From a plasmid: a DNA stretch of 64,000 nt. Under the pieces are notes generated by a model. The model made no database searches. It was given only the letters and a program-made list of their open reading frames with translations, and was not told the origin of the DNA. Below are positions 44,694 to 54,012 of this stretch, in pieces (the first letter of the stretch is position 1; each line of letters opens with the position of its first letter). The position numbers and the translations under genes were made by a program. The DNA lies in assembly GCF_056746865.1 (NCBI RefSeq), contig NZ_JBWKMP010000003.1; one strand, 5' to 3'.

Positions 44694-45352
44694 TGGTTGC
44701 CTCCTTTGCGAAGCTGGGCAGCAAAGTCAACTAACCACTCAGTCATTTCAACCTTCCCTACCAGGTCGGAACCAGGGTGCATACAGCAATCACTCTGCGC
44801 CGCTTTGAAATCCTTACACTCATATTCTTTGGCCACCAGATTTTTTGCAGCTTCTATAGCAGCATCCACCCCCTGCGCCCGCACTTCAGCCAGAAAAGCA
44901 TCGGTAGCTGGAGTTTCGCTGTGGTGTAGGGCATCGTTGATAATCATTGCAGCAACACCAGCCTGCCCTGCATCCGTGACCGACACATGCTCAAGAGTTA
45001 CGGCCATTGCGTGTTTCAGCCCAGCGTTCTCTGCCACCAGCGCAGCGATATTAGTCTCAAGCTCTGAAATTCGGCACGTGGCATCAATATTTGTGTCCTC
45101 CAAGCACTTAATTTCACCAAGCAGCTCCAGTGCAACCTTTGGGTTGAACGCGGCAACATGACGAGCGTTGTTCTCTGCATTTTTCTGTCCATCAAAGCCG
45201 GTCCATTTGATAACGTCTTCACATCGTTCATCACCGGGCGTGTGCACCGCATAAGTACCAGTATCCGTCGAAATAAATGCGACCCATTCGTCTGGTGTTG
45301 CCTTTTCTGCCGCCTCACGCAGTACCTGATAGTCAATTGTCATTCTCGCCAT
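44690..45352 (-). CDS. ead/Ea22-like family protein
   Basis: [14 protein letters not shown] block and C-terminal FAAQLRKGGNQ shared with paralogs. Confidence 0.5.
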   Translation of the reverse strand: MARMTIDYQVLREAAEKATPDEWVAFISTDTGTYAVHTPGDERCEDVIKWTGFDGQKNAENNARHVAAFNPKVALELLGEIKCLEDTNIDATCRISELETNIAALVAENAGLKHAMAVTLEHVSVTDAGQAGVAAMIINDALHHSETPATDAFLAEVRAQGVDAAIEAAKNLVAKEYECKDFKAAQSDCCMHPGSDLVGKVEMTEWLVDFAAQLRKGGNQ

Positions 45353-45966
45353 CCTTCACAGTTGTAATCACTACAGCCTTCAAAATCATATGGGCTGTAC
45401 TGCCAGGTTATTTTTCCGCAATGCGGACAATTCCAACGCACCTTCCCGCTTCGCGACTTCTTTCTTCTGTTCTGCTCTTTCAACCAGTCAGGCATGATCA
45501 AACCTGCGCCCTGAACCATTGTTCTGCGGTTAAAGTTATTGATATTGAACGTCCGGCGCTTTGCTGCATCAGCAATGGAAAATGGCAACCAAACTATTCC
45601 TGGTTCGTTTTTGTTGGCGACGCTAAAGATGGTCGCTTTACTGAAGTCATCTGTTGGCAATCCACCGTGTTGAAGCCAGTAAACATCGTTGCCGTTCCAG
45701 CTACCTTTTTTGTAGGCCACATACGCAGTGCAATCTGACTCAATCAGGCTTTCTGTAGGGATGTACTGGCAATCAACGTGCCACACAGCCATTGCATCCA
45801 CGCTATCAGCGCAAACAGGCTGATCGATATCTCGCCCACAATTCCAGGCTTTTTGGGCTTCTTCCAGCGTGTAAACATGAGCGCGATCGATATCAGAGCT
45901 ATAACCATTGCCGTTATGGCAATGGAATGAGGCGTTATTACCCACAGTTTCACGCAAGCACATCAT
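45340..45966 (-). CDS. Hypothetical protein with a C-terminal zinc-ribbon-like Cys cluster
   Basis: CPHCGK...C..C motif; start trimmed to an internal ATG. Confidence 0.4.
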   Translation of the reverse strand: MMCLRETVGNNASFHCHNGNGYSSDIDRAHVYTLEEAQKAWNCGRDIDQPVCADSVDAMAVWHVDCQYIPTESLIESDCTAYVAYKKGSWNGNDVYWLQHGGLPTDDFSKATIFSVANKNEPGIVWLPFSIADAAKRRTFNINNFNRRTMVQGAGLIMPDWLKEQNRRKKSRSGKVRWNCPHCGKITWQYSPYDFEGCSDYNCEGWRE

Positions 45967-45980
45967 GTAAAAACGGTTAC

Positions 45981-46220
45981 TCACTGGTTGCCTCCTTGGC
46001 GGAGTTGCGCTGCGATGCATGAAAAAAAAGACTCCCGAGTGTGACAGTTAAGAGCTGGTGCGAACGCCGCGTTAAGAACGGCGGCATCACAGCCGTCATC
46101 AATATAGAGCGCAATTTTTTTCTCCAGGCGCGCTTTGGCTTCCTGCAACTGCATACCCCGGCACGCACGCGGGATATAATCAGCAATTTGAGCGATAGCT
46201 TTTTCGTTCTGTTTAAACAT
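45981..46220 (-). CDS. Small protein carrying the Ea22-family C-terminal motif (AAQLRQGGNQ)
   Basis: Motif shared with 44690 and 49817. Confidence 0.4.
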   Translation of the reverse strand: MFKQNEKAIAQIADYIPRACRGMQLQEAKARLEKKIALYIDDGCDAAVLNAAFAPALNCHTRESFFSCIAAQLRQGGNQ

Positions 46221-46416
46221 GCTTCACCTCGATAGGCTTGATGGTGTCTAACAGCAGTCGGCGGCGCGTATTTTCTGCAAAATGGCGGCGTCCAGTTTCT
46301 TTGTGGTAAAACTCGTTTTTGCCGACGACCCACATCCGCTCTGTTTGGTGCAGTTTTTTTACCTTCGGGCCATCTTTGGTGATCACGGTACCGGTATGGG
46401 TTTTTACGATTGTCAT
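46213..46416 (-). CDS. Hypothetical small protein
   Basis: 67-aa ORF. Confidence 0.3.
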   Translation of the reverse strand: MTIVKTHTGTVITKDGPKVKKLHQTERMWVVGKNEFYHKETGRRHFAENTRRRLLLDTIKPIEVKHV

Positions 46417-46499
46417 GCCACTACCTATTCGAACAGATGAACGAGACAGGCCGATGCTCGTCCACCTGAAAAACTGACGATTTGATGCATACTCACGGT

Positions 46500-47228
46500 T
46501 TATTCCTGAATGCGCTTAAACTCGATTACCCACACCCAGGGATTAGCGTTCCAGCTTTCTTCACCATAGATGGATTCCCACAGGCGCTGGAACGCAACCT
46601 TGGCCATTGCGAAATCCCCCTTGGGAGTAAGGAATGTTCCCGGGTGATCAGGAAGCAAACTTCCAGCAGGCGGAACGCCCTCAGCCCTTGCATCGCATTC
46701 GCTGATATCGTTCAACCGTTCAACGCGCACGTTGGTAATTTCCAACAGAATGCGTGATGCCCATCGCGGCATGTGAATTGATGGACGCCACCCACCATCA
46801 AACTTTTCATTCACAGTGTGAGGTTTCCAGTCGGCATCATCGGGTATCGACCATAAGCCGTAATCACCAGGTTTTTGCTCGCAACTGGCCCGATAAATCC
46901 TTGCTGCGTTCTTCTCATCGCCACGACAAAGGTTGTCGTTCCAGTCCACACTGCAACCATCCTCATTGCCTAATATCGCCCATGTTTCACGAACCCAAAT
47001 TCGATCGCCGACGATACCAAATGGGCAATTGAAAACACTGCTTACACCATCAGCCCCGTACCACTGAAAACCTGCACCAATTTTTCTAACCATCACTGGT
47101 GCTTCTGGACCAACTTCCGCAGGCTGATTTTTCATTATCCGCCGCGTCTGCGTTTTCCTTCCTTCGAGGATGGCCCGGACCATCTCATCGTTAAAAATCA
47201 TCCCGCGTTCTTTCATTTTTTGATCCAC
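46500..47228 (-). CDS. ASCH-domain-like protein (start may be the internal MIFNDEMV)
   Basis: EMVRAILEGRKTQTRR resembles the ASCH GxKxxExR signature. Confidence 0.45.
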   Translation of the reverse strand: MDQKMKERGMIFNDEMVRAILEGRKTQTRRIMKNQPAEVGPEAPVMVRKIGAGFQWYGADGVSSVFNCPFGIVGDRIWVRETWAILGNEDGCSVDWNDNLCRGDEKNAARIYRASCEQKPGDYGLWSIPDDADWKPHTVNEKFDGGWRPSIHMPRWASRILLEITNVRVERLNDISECDARAEGVPPAGSLLPDHPGTFLTPKGDFAMAKVAFQRLWESIYGEESWNANPWVWVIEFKRIQE

Positions 47229-47232
47229 TCCA

Positions 47233-48228
47233 TCAGTTATTGAACGTGATCACTCCGCGCTCGATGGCGAAGTCGAAAAGCTGGTTGGCGGCTACGTAAA
47301 GGCGTATGCCATGTGCTTTTTCCCATGCCCGGACATCGTTTTCTGCGCTTCTGGCGCATTCATCGCAAAGAGGAACGGCCCAGCGATCGTGTTCGTTTAA
47401 CGAGCGGGCGCGGTACATGAACGGGTGATTAACTTTGCCTCCGCATCCGATGCACGGACGAGAAATCACAAACCGGAGATAAGCCGGGCTTTTACCGAGA
47501 ACCGCTTTTGGTCGGCGCATATACAGCAGGCCGGAATCCTCATCTACAGACAGGTTGACGATCTGCTCTGCGGTTATGTCCACCAGCTCACGGGTGCTGT
47601 GCTCCCAGGTGATATCCGATTCTTTCAGTGTGCCGGTAGGGATTTCCTGTTTTGGCTGACAAAATGCAATGCGACCGGCTTCATCTGGCAGCTCGTCTTT
47701 CAGATTCCGGCGAATGGCCCAAAAAGTGAGTTCAACCATGCTCAGATCGCGTTCTGGCGGTAGTTTTAACTCGCTCGCAGCCCAGTTCATAACCCAGTTG
47801 GCACGATTCAGGGATAACTGGTCATCCAGCTTGCCGTACCCCTTCATCATGTATTCCGCATCATGCTTCCAGCACAGGCGAACGGCAGAGCCGTTATAGA
47901 AATGAGTGGTTAGCTGGTGGCTGCAATCGCGCTTATCGTGCGCCTGGCAATCGTGGATATTGGAACTTACCCAATGAACAAGCGAATCTTCACCGCCTAA
48001 TGCGTTAAATACGCGCTCGCTTTGAAAAAATGCTTTCAGAGACTGGTTGGCAACCAGCGAATAGTTCAGATCCACTACGCCATCTGGCGTGTTTTCAGCC
48101 TGTTCGCGCGGAAGTGGAGAGATAATGAAACGGCGACCTGCGCCAATGTAGTTGCTGGTGGGCTTGTCTACCGGAAAGACAGCCACACCAGCTCCGTTTA
48201 CGAAATGAGGTGTGATTATTGCACTCAT
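47233..48228 (-). CDS. Hypothetical 331-aa protein with C-terminal Cys-rich motifs
   Basis: CIGCGG...C..C pattern; no confident family. Confidence 0.45.
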   Translation of the reverse strand: MSAIITPHFVNGAGVAVFPVDKPTSNYIGAGRRFIISPLPREQAENTPDGVVDLNYSLVANQSLKAFFQSERVFNALGGEDSLVHWVSSNIHDCQAHDKRDCSHQLTTHFYNGSAVRLCWKHDAEYMMKGYGKLDDQLSLNRANWVMNWAASELKLPPERDLSMVELTFWAIRRNLKDELPDEAGRIAFCQPKQEIPTGTLKESDITWEHSTRELVDITAEQIVNLSVDEDSGLLYMRRPKAVLGKSPAYLRFVISRPCIGCGGKVNHPFMYRARSLNEHDRWAVPLCDECARSAENDVRAWEKAHGIRLYVAANQLFDFAIERGVITFNN

Positions 48229-48270
48229 AATGTATACCGACTCTGTTTTGTTCCGAGCGGTAAAATAATA

Positions 48271-48300
48271 TGTTAGAAAATTAAAATCAATATTCTAACA
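48271..48300. promoter_or_regulatory. Operator palindrome TGTTAGAAAATTAAAATCAATATTCTAACA
   Basis: Inverted half-sites of the dispersed motif, upstream of the minus-strand operon. Confidence 0.55.
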
Positions 48301-48332
48301 CGGTTTTGAGTGCATAAACGATGTGTTCAGGA

Positions 48333-49019
48333 TTACGGCTGGCCTCCCTTCACCTGCTTTAGCGTCAGATTTCCGCAAAAAACCGCGCCAGTGTCTATGT
48401 AGTGCTGGTTCCAGAAAGATTTCGGGCTGTTTACTGGCGTATGCCCGAAAATAAAGCTATCTGCACCAGTGATCATTCCACCAACACCATCAACCGCGTC
48501 ATAAAATCGCTCACGCCGCCAGGTAACATTGAGATCGCTAACAGGTTTACCAAACTGGTATTCGTTATCAGGATAGTCGGCATGGGCTATAACGATAGTT
48601 TCATGCCCGGTGTTCAACTCAATGATATAGGGTAAACGTCTTACCAGCTCCACCAGCGCCCTGGCTAATATTTCCCGATCAGCGTCCAGCATGAAGAACC
48701 ATTGGCCGCCATTCATTAGCCAGTTATTCACGTTGCCTGCGGGGCTTAACGCATCGATCATTAATCGCTCGTGGTTTCCCATAACCGACCGAAACCAGGG
48801 CATCTGCAATAGCTCCAAGCATTCAACATTTTCGGTGCCGCGATCGATAAGGTCGCCAACCGATATCAGTAAATCCTGTGTCGGGTCAAAGTCCACACGA
48901 TGAAGTTCAGACATCAATCTGGTGTAGCAACCATGCAGATCACCAACAACCCATATGTTTCTGTAGCCTGAACCATCAATACGGCCATATAAATTCACTT
49001 CATGCAGCGCCTGGGTCAT
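48333..49019 (-). CDS. Ser/Thr protein phosphatase (calcineurin-like metallophosphatase)
   Basis: GDLHGC ... GDLIDRG ... GNHE motifs. Confidence 0.75.
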   Translation of the reverse strand: MTQALHEVNLYGRIDGSGYRNIWVVGDLHGCYTRLMSELHRVDFDPTQDLLISVGDLIDRGTENVECLELLQMPWFRSVMGNHERLMIDALSPAGNVNNWLMNGGQWFFMLDADREILARALVELVRRLPYIIELNTGHETIVIAHADYPDNEYQFGKPVSDLNVTWRRERFYDAVDGVGGMITGADSFIFGHTPVNSPKSFWNQHYIDTGAVFCGNLTLKQVKGGQP

Positions 49020-49327
49020 GCGGCAACCTTCTCCCGCAGCCAGATACAAACCGGGCCATCTTCAGTGTCATGAATAGAGCCAACAAACCATCCTTCGCCC
49101 TCTGGTCGCTCTGGTTCCCAGGCGGCAATATCGGGACCATCTGCGTCCAGATTAAAATGATCTTCATCCATACTGCGAATAGTCCACTGAAGATTATTAT
49201 CCTTCATCCAGGCGTCAAATTCCTCAGTGGATATATATTCACGACCTGCGCAAAACTTTTCATATTCCGGATGTGTCCAGCAGCCATATTCATCACGTTC
49301 TACCGGCATTTCTTTAATGATGCTCAC
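49016..49327 (-). CDS. Hypothetical acidic protein
   Basis: Coupled ORF. Confidence 0.45.
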   Translation of the reverse strand: MSIIKEMPVERDEYGCWTHPEYEKFCAGREYISTEEFDAWMKDNNLQWTIRSMDEDHFNLDADGPDIAAWEPERPEGEGWFVGSIHDTEDGPVCIWLREKVAA

Positions 49328-49548
49328 TCTTCATCCTCCAAGTCGGCAACGGCCTCCATCACATCAGAACCGCGAATAACCTCAAAAGCACGGCAGGCCA
49401 TTTCAAACACCTGTTGTTCTTGCGGATGCGGTGACTCCCAATACTTAAAACCAGGTCGATGCTCGTAACCCAACATGGAATAAAAATCGCCAGCAAGTTC
49501 AATCGCTGCATCAACAAGTTCGCGATTTGTCATCGTCTGTTCTGTCAT
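49324..49548 (-). CDS. Hypothetical protein
   Basis: Coupled ORF. Confidence 0.45.
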   Translation of the reverse strand: MTEQTMTNRELVDAAIELAGDFYSMLGYEHRPGFKYWESPHPQEQQVFEMACRAFEVIRGSDVMEAVADLEDEE

Positions 49549-49820
49549 TTTGTTTTCTCCTGTCTGAACATCACTATCATCAGGTCGCCTTTTGTCGCTA
49601 TCCTGGCTGTTGTACCTGGTTCAATGCGGCTAAGCTCAAATGCGTCATAGAACGCTTCTAATGCCTTCTGGCGTAGTTCCTGTTTGCGCCGTTTTTTCCA
49701 CTGTTTTAGGAAAATGGAACCCAGCCATCGCCATGTACGGGACATGATGTAAAGCCAACCGAGAAGTGCCAGACCGGTATTTAGGAGCGTATCGATCGTT
49801 ATTGTCGTGTCGATATTCAC
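49545..49820 (-). CDS. Hypothetical membrane protein
   Basis: N-terminal TM segment. Confidence 0.45.
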   Translation of the reverse strand: MNIDTTITIDTLLNTGLALLGWLYIMSRTWRWLGSIFLKQWKKRRKQELRQKALEAFYDAFELSRIEPGTTARIATKGDLMIVMFRQEKTK

Positions 49821-50584
49821 TGGCTGCCTCCTTTGCGAAGCTGGTCGGCGAACAAACGTACACTAGACGCTTCACTGCGTAGAAACTTAACGGCATAATC
49901 AAAACCACCTCGTTCTGCGTCGTCTGCTCCGTTGTCGAGGTTATCTGCGTACATCTCTACCCCCTGCGCACGTACTTCAGCCAGGAAAGCATCGGTGGCT
50001 GGGGTATCAACACGGATACTGTCGCGCAAGATGAAAAATGCATTGAGCATTCCAGTCTCTGGCACTTCATCCTGATGCTTCTCATACGCATCAAGAGCCT
50101 TCATCATCTCAGCTCCGAATGGTTGAGGGTGCACAGACTTCAGCTCCGCATTCTCCGCCGCCAGCACCGCGCGTTCGCTCTCCAGTTCTGTAATGCGCCG
50201 TCTTGCAGCATCCAGTTCAATCGACAATTTTCCCAACTGCTCTTTATGCTTCTTGTATTCCTGATATGCGTGCCAAGACTGACCTTTGCGCACACTATCC
50301 GTGATATCAGTAATCTGTTCTGGTGTTAGCGTGGTCAGTGGCTGTGCTGGGAAAATCAGCACTTTCCCAGCATCCCAATCAAAACCCACCTGAATTGACT
50401 GAACCTCAACTGATGGTGTTGAACCGATGCGACCAGGCGAATGAACAACGATCGTTACATCCATATCGCGACGATGGCTGTGGTTGTTGGACAAAATACG
50501 ATTCACCAACTCCGAGAATTTGGAAAATTTCATGCTGATTCCCTTTGCTCTTCCTGGATAATGTTGTTGCAATCTTTCACGCAC
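49817..50584 (-). CDS. ead/Ea22-like family protein
   Basis: [14 protein letters not shown] block and C-terminal [11 protein letters not shown]. Confidence 0.5.
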   Translation of the reverse strand: MRERLQQHYPGRAKGISMKFSKFSELVNRILSNNHSHRRDMDVTIVVHSPGRIGSTPSVEVQSIQVGFDWDAGKVLIFPAQPLTTLTPEQITDITDSVRKGQSWHAYQEYKKHKEQLGKLSIELDAARRRITELESERAVLAAENAELKSVHPQPFGAEMMKALDAYEKHQDEVPETGMLNAFFILRDSIRVDTPATDAFLAEVRAQGVEMYADNLDNGADDAERGGFDYAVKFLRSEASSVRLFADQLRKGGSQ

Positions 50585-50853
50585 TCGTTGCAGATGAAAA
50601 CGTTGTCCCCGGCAATTAACTTTTTAACGGTGTGCTGGGATTTGTTGCAGAAGCTGCAATAAAGCGTTGGACTGGCTGATATGGATGGTGCGCCAGATGT
50701 CAGCCGCGCGATGTCGTTCTTGCGACGCAATATCACACGGCTGCACTCGACCAGCATCTCCGGGGATATATCCTCCTCCGTGGCGAGCGCCTCCAGACGT
50801 TCGAGCAAGCGAAATACTTTTTCCTGGGTGATTGCAGAATGCGATGTGGTCAT
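50530..50853 (-). CDS. ClpX-type zinc-finger domain protein
   Basis: [36 protein letters not shown] matches the ClpX N-terminal zinc-binding domain pattern. Confidence 0.5.
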   Translation of the reverse strand: MTTSHSAITQEKVFRLLERLEALATEEDISPEMLVECSRVILRRKNDIARLTSGAPSISASPTLYCSFCNKSQHTVKKLIAGDNVFICNECVKDCNNIIQEEQRESA

Positions 50854-50854
50854 C

Positions 50855-51529
50855 TCACTCTCCTTTGATGCGAATGCCAGCGGCACGGGAGTCATTCCAT
50901 CGCTTTACTTCTTCACGAATTACGTCAATGCATTCTTTCGAATCCATTAGGTAATCTTCATCAAAAAGCCTTTCCTGTTCGTTTTCTATCGCAACAATGA
51001 TTGCTTCAACTAACTTTTGTGCCTGAGAACCACTTTCTAACTCTGCAATGCGCTTCTCTGCGGCTTCCAGCTTCTCGCGCATATCGTCAACGTACTCGAC
51101 CAGAGATCCGCCAGCAGGAATTTCGCACTCCTCGACCAGTTGGAAGTAGATATCAGCTGCGGCCCGTGTGTTGCTATGCCTAGCGTCGCCCATCTCACCT
51201 TCACGAAGAGCATCGCGTTCGGCGGTAAGATTGGCTATTTTGCTGTCTTTGCCTTCAAGCTCAACGCGCAGCTTCCCTACCGTTAGCGCAATATCCTCGT
51301 TCTCCTGGTCGCGGCGTTTTATGTATTGCTGGTTTCTTTCCCGTTCATCCAGCAGCGCCAGCACAATGTGTGGCGTTATCAAGGACTCAAATTCGGCAAC
51401 AGCTTGCTCACCTCGCTTGTAATTCTTAATCCCACCTAAATCTTTCGCGTTCTGTGCCGCCTCACGCAGCGCCAGTGTGTCGATGTCGATGTCGATGTTG
51501 CTCATTGTGCCTCCTCGATTTCGTCCCAT
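50855..51529 (-). CDS. ead/Ea22-like family protein
   Basis: Same conserved block as 43941-44693. Confidence 0.55.
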   Translation of the reverse strand: MGRNRGGTMSNIDIDIDTLALREAAQNAKDLGGIKNYKRGEQAVAEFESLITPHIVLALLDERERNQQYIKRRDQENEDIALTVGKLRVELEGKDSKIANLTAERDALREGEMGDARHSNTRAAADIYFQLVEECEIPAGGSLVEYVDDMREKLEAAEKRIAELESGSQAQKLVEAIIVAIENEQERLFDEDYLMDSKECIDVIREEVKRWNDSRAAGIRIKGE

Positions 51530-51735
51530 TCCACCCAGGCATTCTCTCCATCAGCATCGATTTCACCTTTGTGACCGCATTTGGAACAAACGGCCTCATC
51601 ACCCGCCCACAAAGAATCTTTGGTTACCGACCATCCTGTTACCCTGGCTTTGCCGTGCTGGCACCTAGGGCAATCATCAAGCCATTCGACTTCGACCGTT
51701 GAAGGACCAAATCCATGTTCAGTTCGGATGCTCAT
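51502..51735 (-). CDS. Small zinc-ribbon protein
   Basis: CPRCQHG ... CSKCGHKG. Confidence 0.4.
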   Translation of the reverse strand: MSIRTEHGFGPSTVEVEWLDDCPRCQHGKARVTGWSVTKDSLWAGDEAVCSKCGHKGEIDADGENAWVEWDEIEEAQ

Positions 51736-52235
51736 GACTGAACTCCTTTGCGAATCTGTTCCGCCCATTCTTCAAGGGATTTCTCCGCATATTCACCGGA
51801 CAGGCCATCAATCGGATGCGGTTCATTAGCCAACTCTTCTTTCGCTGACAAAATCATGCGTGTAACGTCGAAAACTTCACGCAAAGACTTATTGATAAAT
51901 CCGTGATTGAACGCAGCAGCAAGACGGCTTGCGGTGTAGTTAATCCCCTCGTTGCGTGCCTCCGCACGTATTTCAGCCAGGAAAGCGTCGGTGGCTGACA
52001 TATTTCCTGTTGCCTTCATGGCCTTCAAAATAACCAGAACGCCATCTTGCCCAACCAACTCGGAGATAATCTCAGTGTTGTCGCCAACAACCTCACAGAA
52101 TGCCTGAACAGCTTTACGAGCAAGTGCATTCTCCGCCGCCAGCGCCGCGCGCTCTTTCTCAAGTCGGGAAATTTCCGTTACATACTCAGCGTTACGCTCT
52201 GCCAGTTGTGCGGGCGTTAAACCTTCAGACTTCAT
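51732..52235 (-). CDS. ead/Ea22-like family protein ([12 protein letters not shown] block)
   Basis: Paralog of 44690 and 49817. Confidence 0.5.
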   Translation of the reverse strand: MKSEGLTPAQLAERNAEYVTEISRLEKERAALAAENALARKAVQAFCEVVGDNTEIISELVGQDGVLVILKAMKATGNMSATDAFLAEIRAEARNEGINYTASRLAAAFNHGFINKSLREVFDVTRMILSAKEELANEPHPIDGLSGEYAEKSLEEWAEQIRKGVQS

Positions 52236-52542
52236 GCACTCTCCTTTCGAAATAAACGTACTGATTAATCATGCCCAGGGGCATTTCGAACTTTTCTGCG
52301 ATCTCACGGCGGGGAACGCCACACTGATGAAGCTGCCGCGCCAGCTCTATATCGCTCTGCCGGTATTTGGCTGACTGGTGAAAGTCACCTTTCAGAATCA
52401 TGCTGATCCGCAATTGCCGCGCTTTAGTCCTGACAGCACCACCGGTACGCCCGATCAGTCTCCCAATACCCTCGACTGTCATAGTCCCGGCGCACTGGCG
52501 GAGTATCATGATTTCTGCCCTTCCCCATCCCCGCCAGCTCAC
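52225..52542 (-). CDS. Small HTH protein (sigma-70 region-4-like)
   Basis: C-terminal HTH-like RREIAEKFEMPLGMINQYV. Confidence 0.4.
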   Translation of the reverse strand: MSWRGWGRAEIMILRQCAGTMTVEGIGRLIGRTGGAVRTKARQLRISMILKGDFHQSAKYRQSDIELARQLHQCGVPRREIAEKFEMPLGMINQYVYFERRVHEV

Positions 52543-53150
52543 GCAGAACTCCTTCTAACCAAAAGAACGCCATCTTCAGAAACAACGTTGCAGGACTTCA
52601 GGTAATTCATTGCCTCTTTCGGTAATGGATTCTTTGGATCGGCGCTTGCCAGGGATTTCGATAACCTCATGATAAATTTGATCATTACCTTCTGACGGAG
52701 CTTGTGCTCATGGGATGCAGACAGGTAATAGGAAATGGTATGGGCTAAACGCTCACGAAGCTGTTCTGTGCCGTGATATACAGCAGCGATATCACGCAGT
52801 GCATTGACCAGTTCCCGGTAAATATGCGGAGCAACCTGGCATTCAATGTTGGTTGGTGACTCATAAATTACATTCAGCCCCAGCTTTTGAGCCAGCTCGT
52901 GCTCTGCACGAGCGCCAACTGATTCCTCCCACCCCTTGAGCAAATAGACCGCATTAGCCGAACGCACCATTGCAAGGCAAATATCCATGTATTCGCTCTG
53001 GCAGAGGCCAGCAGGTAACAGCGCCGGATTCAGAACAATATGCCCTACCTCCATCAGCTCTTTTGCTTTCGAAAAAAACGCTGTGCGGTTGTAGTCGGGA
53101 TAACCAGTCATCGGACCCGCGATGTAAATTTTCATAATGCGTTTTGACAT
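52539..53150 (-). CDS. DUF4406 (nucleoside 2-deoxyribosyltransferase-like) domain fused to a C-terminal domain shared with 39980-40615
   Basis: MKIYIAGPMTGYPDYN ... LLKGWEESVGARAEHELAQKLGLNV fits DUF4406; C-terminal APHIYRELVNALRD segment is paralogous to 39980-40615. Confidence 0.5.
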   Translation of the reverse strand: MSKRIMKIYIAGPMTGYPDYNRTAFFSKAKELMEVGHIVLNPALLPAGLCQSEYMDICLAMVRSANAVYLLKGWEESVGARAEHELAQKLGLNVIYESPTNIECQVAPHIYRELVNALRDIAAVYHGTEQLRERLAHTISYYLSASHEHKLRQKVMIKFIMRLSKSLASADPKNPLPKEAMNYLKSCNVVSEDGVLLVRRSSA

Positions 53151-53345
53151 CAAAGTTTCCCCAGGAACGTTACGCAAAAGTTAATGAGAGCAAAGAGTTC
53201 AATGCCCAGCTCAAACAACGCCAGGACAGTGAAAAACAGGGCATATAGCAACCCAATTTCTGTACCGGATTGCTGGTGGATTGCACTTATTGCGACAAGC
53301 ATCATGACCTCCTGATATAGCGTCTGAAAAAAGTATCTTCATTTT

Positions 53346-53377
53346 GTGTTAGAAAATCAATTTTGATTTTCTAACAC
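53346..53377. promoter_or_regulatory. Perfect operator palindrome GTGTTAGAAAATCAA-tt-TTGATTTTCTAACAC
   Basis: 15-bp arms are exact reverse complements; sits between the divergent minus-strand operon and the ref-like gene. Confidence 0.6.
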
Positions 53378-53421
53378 TTTTGATCAACCATAGCGGCGAT
53401 GTAGACAAACCGGGTATTTCT

Positions 53422-53997
53422 ATGAAGCAAAGCTATTGGGAGAAACAGACACAAAAAGCCCTGCAAAAACTGGCTGATCCGAAATGGCGGGAGGAACAAA
53501 GGGCAAAGCGTCTTCAGCAAGCTCAACGCCAGCAGCAGCGTGCGCGAGAAAAAGCCGCATCGCCTGAATATCGGCAAAAGAAAATTGAAAAAGCGAAGCA
53601 ATATGAACAGCGAAGAAAAGAGAAGGCCGCTTCTGCTCCTGTCAAAAAAACTCGCGCGTCACGCGGCCTGAAAGGCAGAACACTCACAGCAGATGAGCGC
53701 CGGATACAAACTGCCATCGGTGCTCTCCCCTGCATTGCCTGCCATATGCACGGACAGCATAGCCCTGTGGTATCCCTGCACCACATCTTCGGGAGAACAG
53801 CAGAAAACGCGCATAAATACGTCCTCCCTTTGTGTAAATGGCACCATCAACACGCAGCGCCAGCAGAGATCCGCGAGCAATACCCCTGGTTGGTTCCTGT
53901 TCATGCTGATGGAAAAATAGGCGGCAAAGCAGATTTCAGGCGGCACAATGCTGATGAAATGACGTTGTATCAGATGGTGACTGAATTAATAAATTAA
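53422..53997 (+). CDS. Ref-like HNH-type nuclease with a basic disordered N-terminal region
   Basis: Lys/Arg/Glu/Gln-rich N-terminal ~80 aa followed by Cys/His cluster CIACHMHG ... HHIFG ... CKWHH; same architecture as P1 Ref as I recall it; start could be TTG at 53380. Confidence 0.45.
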   Translation: MKQSYWEKQTQKALQKLADPKWREEQRAKRLQQAQRQQQRAREKAASPEYRQKKIEKAKQYEQRRKEKAASAPVKKTRASRGLKGRTLTADERRIQTAIGALPCIACHMHGQHSPVVSLHHIFGRTAENAHKYVLPLCKWHHQHAAPAEIREQYPWLVPVHADGKIGGKADFRRHNADEMTLYQMVTELIN

Positions 53998-54012
53998 TTT
54001 TCTAACATTTTA
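53990..54012. promoter_or_regulatory. Operator-like motif AAATTAATTTTCTAACATTTTA
   Basis: Dispersed motif family member. Confidence 0.45.

Noticed and set aside
11288-54012. Possibility that the recurring TGTTAGAAA/TTTCTAACA repeats form a CRISPR array
   Set aside because: Copies are scattered over 40 kb in separate intergenic regions with irregular spacing and in both orientations, often as palindromic pairs; no regular repeat-spacer unit and no cas genes. Behaves as operators.
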